From contig AP039695.1 of the NCBI GenBank assembly GCA_051599415.1, forward strand, positions 372,001-436,000: DNA of 64,000 bases, written 5' to 3'. Positions 32,035 to 43,472 of the stretch are shown in pieces. The DNA is from Savitreella phatthalungensis (Eukaryota). Position 1 is the stretch's first letter; each line of letters starts with the position of its first letter. The notes beneath the pieces were generated by a model. It searched no databases and was not told where the DNA came from. It saw only the letters and a list, made by a program, of their open reading frames with translations. The position numbers were made by a program, and so were the translations under genes.

Positions 32035-34341
32035 ATGGCGTCCCCTCCAAACTTCCTGTCGTTCGCCGCGCTGAACAATACGAACGCGCATCGAGTAGCT
32101 TCGCCAATGGAATCTCCATTCTTGTCGCCATTTCCGTCGTCACCCTCCAGCCCAGGCCTCGAGCCGCGCAGGACGAAATCGCGCCATATGGATACATTCT
32201 CCTTCTTCGACTCTAAGATTCATGGCTCGCAAGCTCTGCAACACCAACATCAGCAGCAACAGCAATTGTCACAACAACAGCAGCAGCAGCATGGCAATAT
32301 CCCGCCACATGTACAGCAGCAACAACAGTCGCAACATCACCAACAGCAGTCGCAGCACCAGCATCAGCACCAGCAGTCGCAGCACCAGCACCAGCACCAG
32401 CAGCAGCTACAATCTCACCAAATCCCATACCAGCAAGCGCACCAGCAGCAGCTCGCTAGCACATACACCTCCCAACAGCACAGCCAGCCACAGCATCTTC
32501 ACAGTCATCATCAGCAACAGTCTCATGGGTCACACGGAATTCGAGATGCAGCCAACACGTACAGCTCGCATGATAGCGCAGCCGGCATTAGCAATGGCAC
32601 CTCCAATCCATCGGCAAGTATGATGAATATGCAGGGAGGCTTCAACGGCCACAGCATACATAACACGCAGCAAGCTTACGGCTCGCTCCATAGTCTGCCT
32701 GGAGCGCATCCGATGTCCCAGCAAATTCTGCATAGTCACGGTCACGCCGGACAGTCGCAACAGGGATATTCACACAGCCGATGGGACTCATTCCCGGCGC
32801 ACACGAACAATCAGTATTCGGGTTCAGCCGGTAACCGCGCGCTGACGCCAGGTCTTCACCATCGTCCTGGAGCTCCCCGTCAATGGTCACATGCAGAAAG
32901 TTACCATGCGAACGCGGCATCGGCCTCTCACGACCCATCGGCCATGTCATCAGCCGCCACCGGGCTCATGTCGCCTGGGGTAGGAACTGTGATAGGCGAG
33001 GACGGCGATGAGGTTATTGCGACTGCTGTCGTCGTCAAGAATATTCCCTTCTCTCTGAAAAAGGAGACCTTACTCGAACTCTTCGACCAGATGGTACTTC
33101 CGAGGCCATATGCTTTCAACTATCATTTCGACAATGGGACCTTCCGAGGCCTCGCATTTGCCAATTTTCACTCACCTGAAGAGACTCAGCACGTCATTCG
33201 CATTATGAATGGGTACGAGCTCCTCGGTCGCAAATTGCGAGTCGAATACAAGAAAGTTCTTCCGGCAGAGCAGCGCGAACGTATCGAGATGCAGAAGCGA
33301 CAGAAAGCGTTGCAGGAAGATCCGATTCTCGCGGCCGCGATTCATGTCAAGCAGGAGAAGAAGAACGAACTCGATCTGAATGACCCTGCGACTTTGCAGA
33401 TCTACTCAAGCCTGCTGTTGTTCCGGGACGACAACAGCGCAAACGCGCGAAATCAGCTCGCCTTTCCTCCGGAGTATTCTCCTCAGCAAAGACGCATTGT
33501 TCACCTCATCGCACAAAAGCTCGGCTTGGAGCACACTTCGCGAGGTGAAGGTGATGAGCGTTACGTCGTCATTTCGAAACCAGATAGCGTGTCCGAGTCT
33601 TCCGGAAGTTCCCAGCTGCAAGGCACTACCGGGGGCGCATCAGCCCCGCTCAAGGGTTCTCCTAGCCTGAGCACCGGTTCGAGATCACCATCGGGGGCTG
33701 GCGCCAATCTATCCTCCTTTACCGAGTCGGCGCCACTCAGTGCTGGTTCTCAAACATCAGTCAAGGGCTATGCAACACAGCCGCCGCCGCCGACAAGTTA
33801 CGGAAATGGCTCGTCGGCCTCGTTCCCGATGCAATCCAGCGCAGGCGCAACTTCGGGGGGTCTGAACGGCCCGTCCTTGCGAATCGACACACGAGCGGAG
33901 CAAAGTAAGCGTGCGCCTGCGGGAATGTCTGCGGGGCTGCACTCTGCTCATTCAGCTGGTGGACAGCTTCAGCCTCCAGGCCTGAAAGCGATGAAGAGCT
34001 TTGGCGATCTCCGATCTCCCAGCCCTCTTCGCGCCACGGGACCGTCGAATCCGCTCGTCGCTTCAAATGACCATTACGAAACGAATCAGGGTCAAAGATC
34101 TCCATTCGGTCCCGTGGCACTGAGCAGCAGCACGAGCAATGGAGGTGCTTCAGTGCATAACACGAAGACCAACGGCACGACGTCCAGCTCTATGTCAAGC
34201 CTGATCACTGGACTCTCGGACGTAGGGCTGCATAACGGCAGCAGCACTGGCACTCTGCCATCTCGTCAACCGAAGGGACCCGAACCCCAGAACCGCAATG
34301 CCTTCATCGCTCGTCCTGCTTCTCGAAAGGAAGACCAGTGA
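32035..34341 (+). CDS. RRM + R3H RNA-binding protein (Pin4/Cip1/Cip2 family)
   Basis: TAVVVKNIPF...PYAFNYHFDNGTFRGLAFANF...GRKLRVEYKKVLP (RRM) and QRRIVHLIAQKLGLEH (R3H), with a Q/H-rich N-terminus. Confidence 0.9.
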   Translation: MASPPNFLSFAALNNTNAHRVASPMESPFLSPFPSSPSSPGLEPRRTKSRHMDTFSFFDSKIHGSQALQHQHQQQQQLSQQQQQQHGNIPPHVQQQQQSQHHQQQSQHQHQHQQSQHQHQHQQQLQSHQIPYQQAHQQQLASTYTSQQHSQPQHLHSHHQQQSHGSHGIRDAANTYSSHDSAAGISNGTSNPSASMMNMQGGFNGHSIHNTQQAYGSLHSLPGAHPMSQQILHSHGHAGQSQQGYSHSRWDSFPAHTNNQYSGSAGNRALTPGLHHRPGAPRQWSHAESYHANAASASHDPSAMSSAATGLMSPGVGTVIGEDGDEVIATAVVVKNIPFSLKKETLLELFDQMVLPRPYAFNYHFDNGTFRGLAFANFHSPEETQHVIRIMNGYELLGRKLRVEYKKVLPAEQRERIEMQKRQKALQEDPILAAAIHVKQEKKNELDLNDPATLQIYSSLLLFRDDNSANARNQLAFPPEYSPQQRRIVHLIAQKLGLEHTSRGEGDERYVVISKPDSVSESSGSSQLQGTTGGASAPLKGSPSLSTGSRSPSGAGANLSSFTESAPLSAGSQTSVKGYATQPPPPTSYGNGSSASFPMQSSAGATSGGLNGPSLRIDTRAEQSKRAPAGMSAGLHSAHSAGGQLQPPGLKAMKSFGDLRSPSPLRATGPSNPLVASNDHYETNQGQRSPFGPVALSSSTSNGGASVHNTKTNGTTSSSMSSLITGLSDVGLHNGSSTGTLPSRQPKGPEPQNRNAFIARPASRKEDQ

Positions 34342-34980
34342 TTCTTAACTGAGCCTCGATCTCTCAACAGGCCGAAATTTGCTCCTTATTTTCCTTTTAC
34401 ACCTCGTCTCTAAGCCCAAACAATGGCAGGCTGGAGACTTCCACCCCGAATTAATCGCAAGGCCCTTCCTTCTTCGGGTGATTCTCCGTTTCAGTAAAAT
34501 CGGAGGGCACTCGCAAGATCATGGGCTGACCCCCCCACGACCACTGAACGTCCGCATGACACACGTATGCACGCCCCTCACGTACGAAAGACCGCTAAAA
34601 AGATTCATCGACAATATCAGACCCACGCCCCTATGGACAAATCAAACAGATGCCTCCTGCGCCGGAGATAACCAAACCTACGCTCATACATTCGATCGAT
34701 AGATCTACCTATCTTTCCACTCCCGTATCGTCCCACCCGGTATGCAGACTTCAGGAATAAATGACTTTTTGTGCAGACCCACATGCGTTTCCGTGTCCTC
34801 TGTGAGGAACTACAAAGAATGCTGGGCAAATATCAGGAGGACTGGAAGCATATTTGGCAAGTGGCTTGGCCAGACTGTGCTGCCTATCACGTGGCTCGAT
34901 CAATGCTCGTTTTTATGTGTGCATATGATCTCAAATCCATATCGTATGAACACCGACGTCGATATGATGACCAAGACGAT

Positions 34981-35892
34981 TGAGTCAATTTCCTTTTAAT
35001 TCACTATATGCATGACTGTCTTTGCGGCATAGGGATGTCTTCAGCAATTCCGATTCCTCCCGTAAACGAAATGATCTAAGAAATCGTCAGCGTTTTATCA
35101 TCGGCAGGGACAAGAAAAGCTTTCTTATCTCGGCCGGTTATGATCGGCACTAGGACCCGCATTGTCCGGGGTCGCCAACTAGCTAGCCAATCATCGGCAG
35201 ATGATTGATCTTTTGGATACCCGCCAACAAACATGATTGGCACGCATTTCTGATCGCATCGCGGACATCTCGAGAGCTCTCACTGAATCTTCATGTGTCC
35301 AGATTAAACCACAGATTCAGGAGAAATCATGCCTGATTACCCAAACCATAGATCTAGCTGTACACCTACCGTGAAAAGAATTTTTCTTCTTCATTCTTCT
35401 GTTGTTTCAATCTAAAATTTTCATTTTCATTTTTCCGTTCACTCCGCAATCTATCTTAGCTGACAGACCACAGTCACAGGCCTGGTTTGTCAATCCTGAG
35501 TCAGCTTCGAAAGCAGTTCCAAATGTGAGGCTAGTGAGAAATGAACAAGCTGAGTCGAGTGTAACACTATCTGACCTCAAACACTGAAGATATTCCCCCT
35601 AGAAAATCATACATCGATGACTGAGCAGAATGGAAAATCCTATGAGTTTCAACGCCGACCAGATGGATGATCAACTCTCAGACGAGCCAGAGGGGCCAGA
35701 GGAGCCAGACGTACTCACCCTCAGACGTACCAAATCGCTCGTCCTTCCACATAGGCTCACGGCGTGACTACCAACAATTGCTTTACCTCTACCTCTCTAC
35801 CTCTCTACCTCTGGCCCTCACTCTCCTCACGGTCCCACAGTCAGACGTACGCCTGGCTGGCCACACGGAGAGAGGGAAAGACTGCTGACTCA
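34981..35892. promoter_or_regulatory. Three perfect TGASTCA (Gcn4/CpcA/AP-1) sites upstream of GLT1
   Basis: TGAGTCA at 34981-34987 and 35497-35503; TGACTCA at 35886-35892. Confidence 0.55.
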
Positions 35893-36193
35893 CACCATCA
35901 CCGGACACTCACACACTCTGCCCTACCCTGCGCAGCAACTCAGTCGTTGCCAATTGCACGCTCTGCCACGGACCCAAATATCTCAGACTGTTTGACATTC
36001 TCACTTTAAGTGCCGAAGTACAGAGACCACAGCGACGCACCCGCACAAGACCTGATAGAAACGCACAGCAAGGGGTCTCTTCCGACACTGCGGTCCTGCA
36101 ACTTCACCAAACCTCTAGACTTGTTTATCTCATCCCCTGCCCCAACCCCTTTCTCATTCCTCTAGAACATCATACGGATTTCGCCAGCCTTCC

Positions 36194-39100
36194 ATGGCAA
36201 TTGCTCAGGAGCAAGTCGTCCTTGAAACATACAGGAACGACGATCACCAAGACAGCCACCAGGACGACGATATCTCAGCGCCCGTGGCCAATTATGAATT
36301 TGCACGCGGCCTGAATGGCCTGCCTGCCAAGCAGGGGCTGTACGATCCTGAGCTCGAGAAGGACGCATGCGGAGTCGGCTTCTCCTGCCACATCAAGGGC
36401 AAGGTCTCGCACAAGATCGTCAGTGAGGCCAAATCCCTACTTTGCAACCTTTCCCACCGCGGAGCTGTCGGTGCCGACACGCGTGACGGTGATGGCGCAG
36501 GAGTGATGACCTCCATTCCTCACAAGTTTGTTGTGAACCAGTTTGCAACCATTACCGATTGCGAAGTGCCTCCGATGGAGCAATACGCCTTCGGTACCGT
36601 CTTCTTCTCGCCTGAAGATGAGCTCCTTGCAGAAAGCAAGAAGATTTTCGTCGATCTGGCCGACTCGCTCGGTCTGCGCGTGCTCGGCTGGCGTGAAGTC
36701 CCGCGTGATTCTAGCATCCTTGGTCCTGCTGCGCGCTCTCGGGAGCCCACAATCCTGCAGCCCCTAGTCGTCTTGACCGCCGCCTACGGAACAGGAAACA
36801 AGTATGCTAATCCATCGCAATTCGATATGAAGCTCTTCGAGCGTCAGCTCTTTGTATTGCGTAAGCAGGCGACACACAAAATCGGCCTTGAGAAATGGTT
36901 CTACATATGCTCCCTGAGCAACAAGAACATCGTCTACAAGGGACAACTTGCCCCGGTCCAGGTTTACAACTATTATTTGGACCTCTGCAATTCCGATTAT
37001 GAGGCACACTTCGCCCTCGTTCACTCACGTTTCTCAACCAACACCTTCCCGTCATGGGATCGCGCCCAGCCGATGCGCATCGCCGCGCACAATGGTGAGA
37101 TCAACACTCTCCGGGGCAACAAGAATTGGATGCGTGCTCGCGAGGGTCTCCTCCAGTCTAAGCTGTTCGGCGATGAGCTTGAACTATTGTACCCGATCAT
37201 CGAAGAGGGTGGTTCGGACTCCGCGGCTTTTGACAACTGTCTCGAGTTGCTCGTCATCAATGGAGTTCTCACTCTTCCCGAAGCAGTCATGCTCATGGTT
37301 CCAGAGGCATGGGAGGACAACGAGCATATGGATGACGACAAGAAAGCATTCTACGAGTGGGCGGCCTGCAACATGGAGCCATGGGATGGCCCGGCTCTGT
37401 TCACTTTTGCCGATGGGAGATACTGTGGTGCAAACCTCGACCGCAATGGTCTGCGTCCTTGCCGTTTCTACGTCACCACCGACGACATCATGCTTTGCGC
37501 TTCCGAAGTCGGTACGATCTTGATCGAGCCCGAGAAGATCTCACAGAAGGGGCGTCTGCAACCGGGCAAGATGCTGCTGGTTGACACTGTCGAGGGTCGC
37601 ATCGTTGACGACAAGGAGCTCAAGCACAAGACGGCCAGTCGCTGTGACTTCCGTTCCTGGGTGGATTCACAGACTCTGACTCTCCCGCGCACCATTGAAA
37701 AGATCGGCCAACAGGGTCTTGACATCTCTTCCAAGCTCGACGATATCAAAATTGCTGACGATCGTCGGTTGCTAGCATTTGGCTACTCGCTAGAGCAGCT
37801 CAATTTGCTGGTCGCCCCAATGGCCGCATCTGGTAAGGAGGCCCTCGGGTCGATGGGCAATGACAATGCCCTGGCCTGCATTGCTCCGCAGGAACGTCTC
37901 ATGTACGAATATTTCCGTCAGCTCTTCGCCCAAGTCACCAATCCTCCGATCGACCCTATTCGCGAGGCCATCGTCATGAGTCTTGTATGCTATGTTGGTC
38001 CACAGGGCAACCTGCTCGAGCTGAATGCCAAGCAATGCGCTCGTCTTCGGCTCGATTCACCCATTCTCGACGCCAGTGAGCTCGAAGCTATCAAGCAGAT
38101 GAACACTGTCTACCCGTCATGGAAAGTGCAGTCCTTGGATCTCACCTTCGCCAAGTCAGATGGACACGAAGGTTATCGCGCCCATTTAGATGAGATCTGC
38201 AAGCAGACCGAGGCTGCAATCAAGGACGGCTACAAAGTCGTTGTTCTTAGCGACAGGGCCACATCAGCAGAGCGTGTGCCTCTGTCTTCTCTCGTCGCTG
38301 TCGGCGCAGTCCATCACCACCTCGTCAAGAACAAGCTTCGCTCCCGCGTGGCGTTGATGGTCGAAACGGGTGAGGCACGAGAGGTTCACCACATGTGTGT
38401 ACTGCTCGGATATGGTGCAGACGCGATCTGTCCCTGGTTGACGCTAGATGCCATCCAGAAGCTCGCCCGCGAGAACGCGCTCAAGGAAAACGTTTCCGCA
38501 GAGAAGGCTGTGAAGAATTGGAAGAAGGCCTGCGACGGAGGAATTCTGAAGGTCATGTCCAAGATGGGTATCTCGACACTTCAGTCTTACAAGGGCGCCC
38601 AGATCTTCGAGGCCCTTGGCGTCGATCCCTCGGTGATTGATGTGGCATTTGTCGGTACAGCTTCTCGCATTCGCGGAATCACTTTCGAGTGGATCGCGAA
38701 GGACGCATTCGCGTTCCACGAGAAGGGCTATCCGACTCGCGACACTGTGCAAACCGACGGTCTCCCAGAGGCTGGCGAGTACCACTGGCGTGACGGTGGC
38801 GACTCACACATCAACGAACCCGCCGCCATCGCCAACCTGCAAGATGCCGTGCGCGCCAAGAACGATTCAGCGTGGGAAGCATACTCGAAGAAGTCTTACG
38901 ATGCGATCAAGAACTGTACCTTGCGAGGTATGCTGGACTTCGACTACGAGACTGGCCGCGAGATCCCAATAGAGCAAGTCGAGCCGTGGACCGAGATTGT
39001 ACGCCGCTTCTGCACAGGTGCAATGTCCTACGGCTCGATTTCTATGGAATCTCATTCAGCACTTGCAATCGCCATGAACAGACTCGGAGGTAAGTCGAAC

Positions 39101-42100
39101 ACTGGCGAGGGTGGCGAAGATCCGGAGCGTTCGATGAAGCTCAGCAATGGCGACACGATGCGCTCAGCGATCAAGCAGATCGCATCTGGTCGCTTCGGTG
39201 TCACTTCGTACTATCTGGCCGACGCCGACGAGCTCCAGATCAAGATGGCTCAGGGCGCGAAGCCCGGAGAGGGCGGCGAGCTGCCTGGACACAAGGTTTC
39301 GCAGAGCATCGCTCGGACGCGTCACTCCACCCCTGGTGTCGGCCTCATCTCGCCACCTCCCCACCACGACATCTACTCGATCGAGGACCTCAAGCAGCTG
39401 ATCTATGATCTGAAGTGCTCGAACCCCCGATCGCGCGTGTCCGTCAAGCTCGTTTCCGAGGTTGGCGTGGGCATCGTTGCATCAGGAGTCGCAAAGGCCA
39501 AGGCTGATCACATTCTGATCTCAGGCCACGACGGTGGCACCGGCGCCTCGAGATGGACTGGTATCAAGTACGCTGGTCTCCCTTGGGAGCTTGGCCTGGC
39601 CGAGACGCACCAAACCCTTGTCCTCAATGACCTGCGTGGTCGTGTCTGCGTGCAGACAGACGGACAAATCAAGACCGGACGCGACGTCGCGGTAGCTTGC
39701 TTGCTAGGAGCTGAAGAATTCGGCTTCGCTACAGCGCCCCTCATTGCGATGGGATGCACTCTCATGCGGAAGTGCCATCTCAATACCTGCCCTGTCGGTA
39801 TCGCTACACAGGATCCCGAGCTACGCAAGAAGTTCATGGGCCAACCCGAGCATGTCATCAATTTCTTCTACTATTTGTCGGAGGAGCTGCGTGGTATCAT
39901 GGCAAAGCTCGGTTTCCGCAGCATCGACGAGATGGTAGGCCGGAGCGACCGTCTTAAGGTGCGCGATGACCTGCGTACCGCCAAAACGGCAAACCTCGAC
40001 CTTTCTTCAATGCTCACACCCGCATTCACATTGAGACCAGGCGCAGCTACCTACAACGTCCGCAAGCAGGACCACCGTCTCTACACACGCCTCGACAATA
40101 AGCTCATTGATGAGGCAGAGTGGACACTCGAGCGTGGTCTGCCCTCGCAGATCGACTGTCAAATCATCAATACCGACCGCGCGCTCGGCGCAACACTGTC
40201 TTACCGCGTGTCAAAGAAGTTCGGTGAGAATGGCCTTCCCGATGACAGTATACACGTCAACGTTTACGGTTCCGCAGGTCAATCCTTCGGTGCCTTCCTC
40301 GCTCCAGGTATCACGCTTGAGCTCGAGGGCGATGCCAATGACTACGTCGGTAAGGGTCTGTCAGGAGGACGGCTCATCATATACCCGCCGAAGAATTCCA
40401 TCTTTAAGGCAGAGGAGAACGTGCTGCTTGGCAATACATGCCTGTACGGCGCGACTTCCGGCAAGTCATACTTCAGCGGTATCGCAGCCGAGCGTTTCGC
40501 AGTCCGAAACTCTGGAGCTCACGCCGTTGTCGAAGGCACCGGCGACCATGGATGCGAGTACATGACTGGTGGCCGAGTCGTCGTCCTCGGTACCACCGGT
40601 CGCAATTTCGCTGCTGGTATGTCTGGTGGAATTGCCTACGTGCTCGACATGGCCCAGGACTTCGCCTCCAAGGTGAACCCCGAGCTCGTTGAGCTCTCCA
40701 AGGTGACCGACCCTGTCGAAATTGCGTTCTTGCGCGGAATGATCGAAGACCACCGTCAATATACGGGTTCTGAAGTTGCAGACCGAGTCCTGCAGAACTT
40801 CCACCGTACCCTCGACCGCTTCGTTAAGGTCCTGCCCACGGACTATAAGCGCGTGCTCGAGCAGGAGGCTGCGAAGGCGGCAGAGGCCAAGCGTGCTCAA
40901 TTCCAGTCGAACCTTCGATTCGGCGCAAACGCCGCTGTCCAGGAATCTGCCAAGCCCAAGGTCAACGGTCACGCCGAGCCGGCCGTGCTCGACCTTGAAG
41001 ATTCCGTCGCAGACGGAGAAGCACGTAAGAAGCCACTCGACAAGATCAAGGGCTTCATGAAGTACTCGCGTAAGGCCGAGAAGTATCGCGAAGCCAAGAA
41101 GCGCACTTCTGATTGGGAAGAGCTGTCTGGTCGCTTGACAACGGACGAGCTTCGCCTGCAGACTGCACGCTGCATGGATTGTGGCGTTCCGTTCTGCCAG
41201 TCAGACTCTGGCTGTCCGATCTCTAACATCATCCCGAAGTGGAATGAACTGGTCTTCAACGAGCAATGGAAGGATGCTCTTGACCGTCTACTCATGACAA
41301 ACAACTTCCCCGAATTTACCGGCCGTGTGTGCCCGGCTCCTTGCGAAGGTGCTTGCGTGCTCGGCATCAATGAAGCTCCTGTCGGCATCAAGTCCGTTGA
41401 GTGCGCCATCATTGACAAGGGCTTCGAGATGGGCTGGATGACACCTAAGCCACCTAAGACTCGTACCGGCAAGTCCGTTGCTGTGGTCGGATCTGGCCCG
41501 GCCGGCCTCGCTGCTGCCGATCAACTCAACAAGGCCGGACACCTGGTGACGGTCTATGAGCGCGCTGATCGCATCGGCGGACTGCTTATGTACGGTATTC
41601 CCAACATGAAGCTGGACAAGAAGATTGTGCAGCGTCGCGTGGACCTCTTGGCTGCGGAAGGCATCAAATTCGTCACGAGCTGCCACGTCGGATCCGACGT
41701 CACCGTGGCTCAGCTACAGGCCGAGCACGATGCTGTCCTGCTCTCCACCGGAGCAACGATCCCTCGTGATATGAAGATTCCGGGCCGCAATGTGGATGGT
41801 ATCATCTTTGCCATGGAGTTCCTCCACCAGAACACCAAGTCTCTGCTCGACTCGAGTCTCGAGGACGGTCACTACATCAGCGCGAAGGACAAGAACGTCA
41901 TTGTTATCGGAGGTGGTGACACGGGTAACGACTGCCTCGGCACGTCCGTCCGTCATGGAGCCAAGTCGATCCTGAACTTTGAGCTTCTGCCACAGCCACC
42001 TGCAACGCGCGCCAAGGACAACCCCTGGCCACAGTTCCCCCGAGTATTCAAGGTCGACTACGGACATGCTGAGGTTCAGGCCCACTATGGCAATGATCCA

Positions 42101-42559
42101 CGCGAGTACTGTATCATGTCTAACAGCTTCACCGTCGATGACGAGAACAATAAGGTGACTGGTGTCGAGACGACACGTGTCGAGTGGACGAAGAATGAGA
42201 AGGGACAGTGGAACATGGCTAAGGTCGCAGGATCGGAGAAATTCTTCCCGGCCGACCTCGTCATCCTCGCGATGGGCTTCTTGGGCCCGGAGGAGAAGGT
42301 GATTACTGACCTACCACTCAAGCGTGACCCGCGATCCAACTTTGCCACCGCACCGGGTTCGTACAAGACGAGCGTGGAGGGCATCTACGCATGTGGTGAC
42401 TGCCGACGTGGTCAGTCACTTGTCGTGTGGGCTATTAACGAAGGTCGTGCTGCCGCAATCCAGATTGACCGGGAGTTGACTGGATCGTCTCGCCTTCCGC
42501 AGATTGGTGGCATCATTGCTAGAGCTGACGTCGACAAGGCAATTCCCGTTGCCGCATAA
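36194..42559 (+). CDS. GLT1: NADH-dependent glutamate synthase (fused alpha/beta), intronless
   Basis: DACGVGF (Ntn Cys), HSRFSTNT, HNGEINT, KMAQGAKPGEGG, CHLNTCPVG, RCMDCGVPFC and GSGPAG; 2121 aa. Confidence 0.98.
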   Translation: MAIAQEQVVLETYRNDDHQDSHQDDDISAPVANYEFARGLNGLPAKQGLYDPELEKDACGVGFSCHIKGKVSHKIVSEAKSLLCNLSHRGAVGADTRDGDGAGVMTSIPHKFVVNQFATITDCEVPPMEQYAFGTVFFSPEDELLAESKKIFVDLADSLGLRVLGWREVPRDSSILGPAARSREPTILQPLVVLTAAYGTGNKYANPSQFDMKLFERQLFVLRKQATHKIGLEKWFYICSLSNKNIVYKGQLAPVQVYNYYLDLCNSDYEAHFALVHSRFSTNTFPSWDRAQPMRIAAHNGEINTLRGNKNWMRAREGLLQSKLFGDELELLYPIIEEGGSDSAAFDNCLELLVINGVLTLPEAVMLMVPEAWEDNEHMDDDKKAFYEWAACNMEPWDGPALFTFADGRYCGANLDRNGLRPCRFYVTTDDIMLCASEVGTILIEPEKISQKGRLQPGKMLLVDTVEGRIVDDKELKHKTASRCDFRSWVDSQTLTLPRTIEKIGQQGLDISSKLDDIKIADDRRLLAFGYSLEQLNLLVAPMAASGKEALGSMGNDNALACIAPQERLMYEYFRQLFAQVTNPPIDPIREAIVMSLVCYVGPQGNLLELNAKQCARLRLDSPILDASELEAIKQMNTVYPSWKVQSLDLTFAKSDGHEGYRAHLDEICKQTEAAIKDGYKVVVLSDRATSAERVPLSSLVAVGAVHHHLVKNKLRSRVALMVETGEAREVHHMCVLLGYGADAICPWLTLDAIQKLARENALKENVSAEKAVKNWKKACDGGILKVMSKMGISTLQSYKGAQIFEALGVDPSVIDVAFVGTASRIRGITFEWIAKDAFAFHEKGYPTRDTVQTDGLPEAGEYHWRDGGDSHINEPAAIANLQDAVRAKNDSAWEAYSKKSYDAIKNCTLRGMLDFDYETGREIPIEQVEPWTEIVRRFCTGAMSYGSISMESHSALAIAMNRLGGKSNTGEGGEDPERSMKLSNGDTMRSAIKQIASGRFGVTSYYLADADELQIKMAQGAKPGEGGELPGHKVSQSIARTRHSTPGVGLISPPPHHDIYSIEDLKQLIYDLKCSNPRSRVSVKLVSEVGVGIVASGVAKAKADHILISGHDGGTGASRWTGIKYAGLPWELGLAETHQTLVLNDLRGRVCVQTDGQIKTGRDVAVACLLGAEEFGFATAPLIAMGCTLMRKCHLNTCPVGIATQDPELRKKFMGQPEHVINFFYYLSEELRGIMAKLGFRSIDEMVGRSDRLKVRDDLRTAKTANLDLSSMLTPAFTLRPGAATYNVRKQDHRLYTRLDNKLIDEAEWTLERGLPSQIDCQIINTDRALGATLSYRVSKKFGENGLPDDSIHVNVYGSAGQSFGAFLAPGITLELEGDANDYVGKGLSGGRLIIYPPKNSIFKAEENVLLGNTCLYGATSGKSYFSGIAAERFAVRNSGAHAVVEGTGDHGCEYMTGGRVVVLGTTGRNFAAGMSGGIAYVLDMAQDFASKVNPELVELSKVTDPVEIAFLRGMIEDHRQYTGSEVADRVLQNFHRTLDRFVKVLPTDYKRVLEQEAAKAAEAKRAQFQSNLRFGANAAVQESAKPKVNGHAEPAVLDLEDSVADGEARKKPLDKIKGFMKYSRKAEKYREAKKRTSDWEELSGRLTTDELRLQTARCMDCGVPFCQSDSGCPISNIIPKWNELVFNEQWKDALDRLLMTNNFPEFTGRVCPAPCEGACVLGINEAPVGIKSVECAIIDKGFEMGWMTPKPPKTRTGKSVAVVGSGPAGLAAADQLNKAGHLVTVYERADRIGGLLMYGIPNMKLDKKIVQRRVDLLAAEGIKFVTSCHVGSDVTVAQLQAEHDAVLLSTGATIPRDMKIPGRNVDGIIFAMEFLHQNTKSLLDSSLEDGHYISAKDKNVIVIGGGDTGNDCLGTSVRHGAKSILNFELLPQPPATRAKDNPWPQFPRVFKVDYGHAEVQAHYGNDPREYCIMSNSFTVDDENNKVTGVETTRVEWTKNEKGQWNMAKVAGSEKFFPADLVILAMGFLGPEEKVITDLPLKRDPRSNFATAPGSYKTSVEGIYACGDCRRGQSLVVWAINEGRAAAIQIDRELTGSSRLPQIGGIIARADVDKAIPVAA

Positions 42560-43472
42560 GTACATGTTGCGTCACTAGACGCGCACGCTATTAACATTCT
42601 GCGTATGTAGCTCGAAGGACTCGGAGAGCAACACGCTGCTCTGGAGCTCTCCCTTCTGCTTTATCTCGGTCGATTTACCATATAAAAACTTGAATTCATC
42701 CATCCAGACTTTCTAAACAGGTACAGCTAGTTAGTTGATTGATTGATCGCGATATATGCAAACGATCTGGAGCTTGACTTGTGACATTCATGTGGCAGAT
42801 CTATTTTCAGAATTTCCTTTCTTACCATAGATATCGTGCCCTTATCATATATATTGCTACAATTGGAAGATCGATCGACAGAACGAATGCACGTACGTAC
42901 ATTATGATGCCGGGAAAGTTGAGAACGGTCATTCGAGAATCCTTTCTTTTAGAAGATTATACTTTGTCAATCAACTTCAACTAATAGATTGATTGAATTG
43001 GAAAATGGACTATAGGCTCCTCTCTGTGAATCCGGGGTAAAATTCCGTGAGCACATCTAATTTTATGGTTCGTATGCATGCTAAATCCTTCATAGCTTCA
43101 GCAGATAAAAACGATCACAATTGAATTAATGGCAAAAGGCAACGGGAATCTCCACCTCAGAGCTGCTCACTCTCGGCCAGATGGGTCTGGCAAGACATGT
43201 ATAAGTCACCATAGAATATACGGTCCCATATGCAATATACGTAACGTAGTCAGGTGACAGCCTTCCAAGATCTCCAGGTCAGATTTTTGTCGGAAGAACA
43301 ACGATCCGACAGATCTGCGCCAGGCGCCAGGGTACGTACAATCGCCAGCAGGAGAGGGCAATCTACTTTAGAATCAGACTCTGCGCTCTCTATTGTATAC
43401 CGCTTGACAAAGAAGTCTTCCCTGAATTCCGAAGAGCCAGATCAAACGGGCAAGCGCTTGCGATCTCGCAAC

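Noticed and set aside
35679..35812. Short tandem repeats in the GLT1 upstream region (cagaggagc-like 9-mers; ctacctct x3)
   Set aside because: Ordinary slippage-type microrepeats with no evidence of function.
36292..42597. Many long antisense and alternative-frame ORFs inside GLT1 (also RPC2, RVB2, HSP60, SPT16)
   Set aside because: Expected shadow ORFs from GC3-rich codon bias in highly expressed genes; no recognisable motifs.
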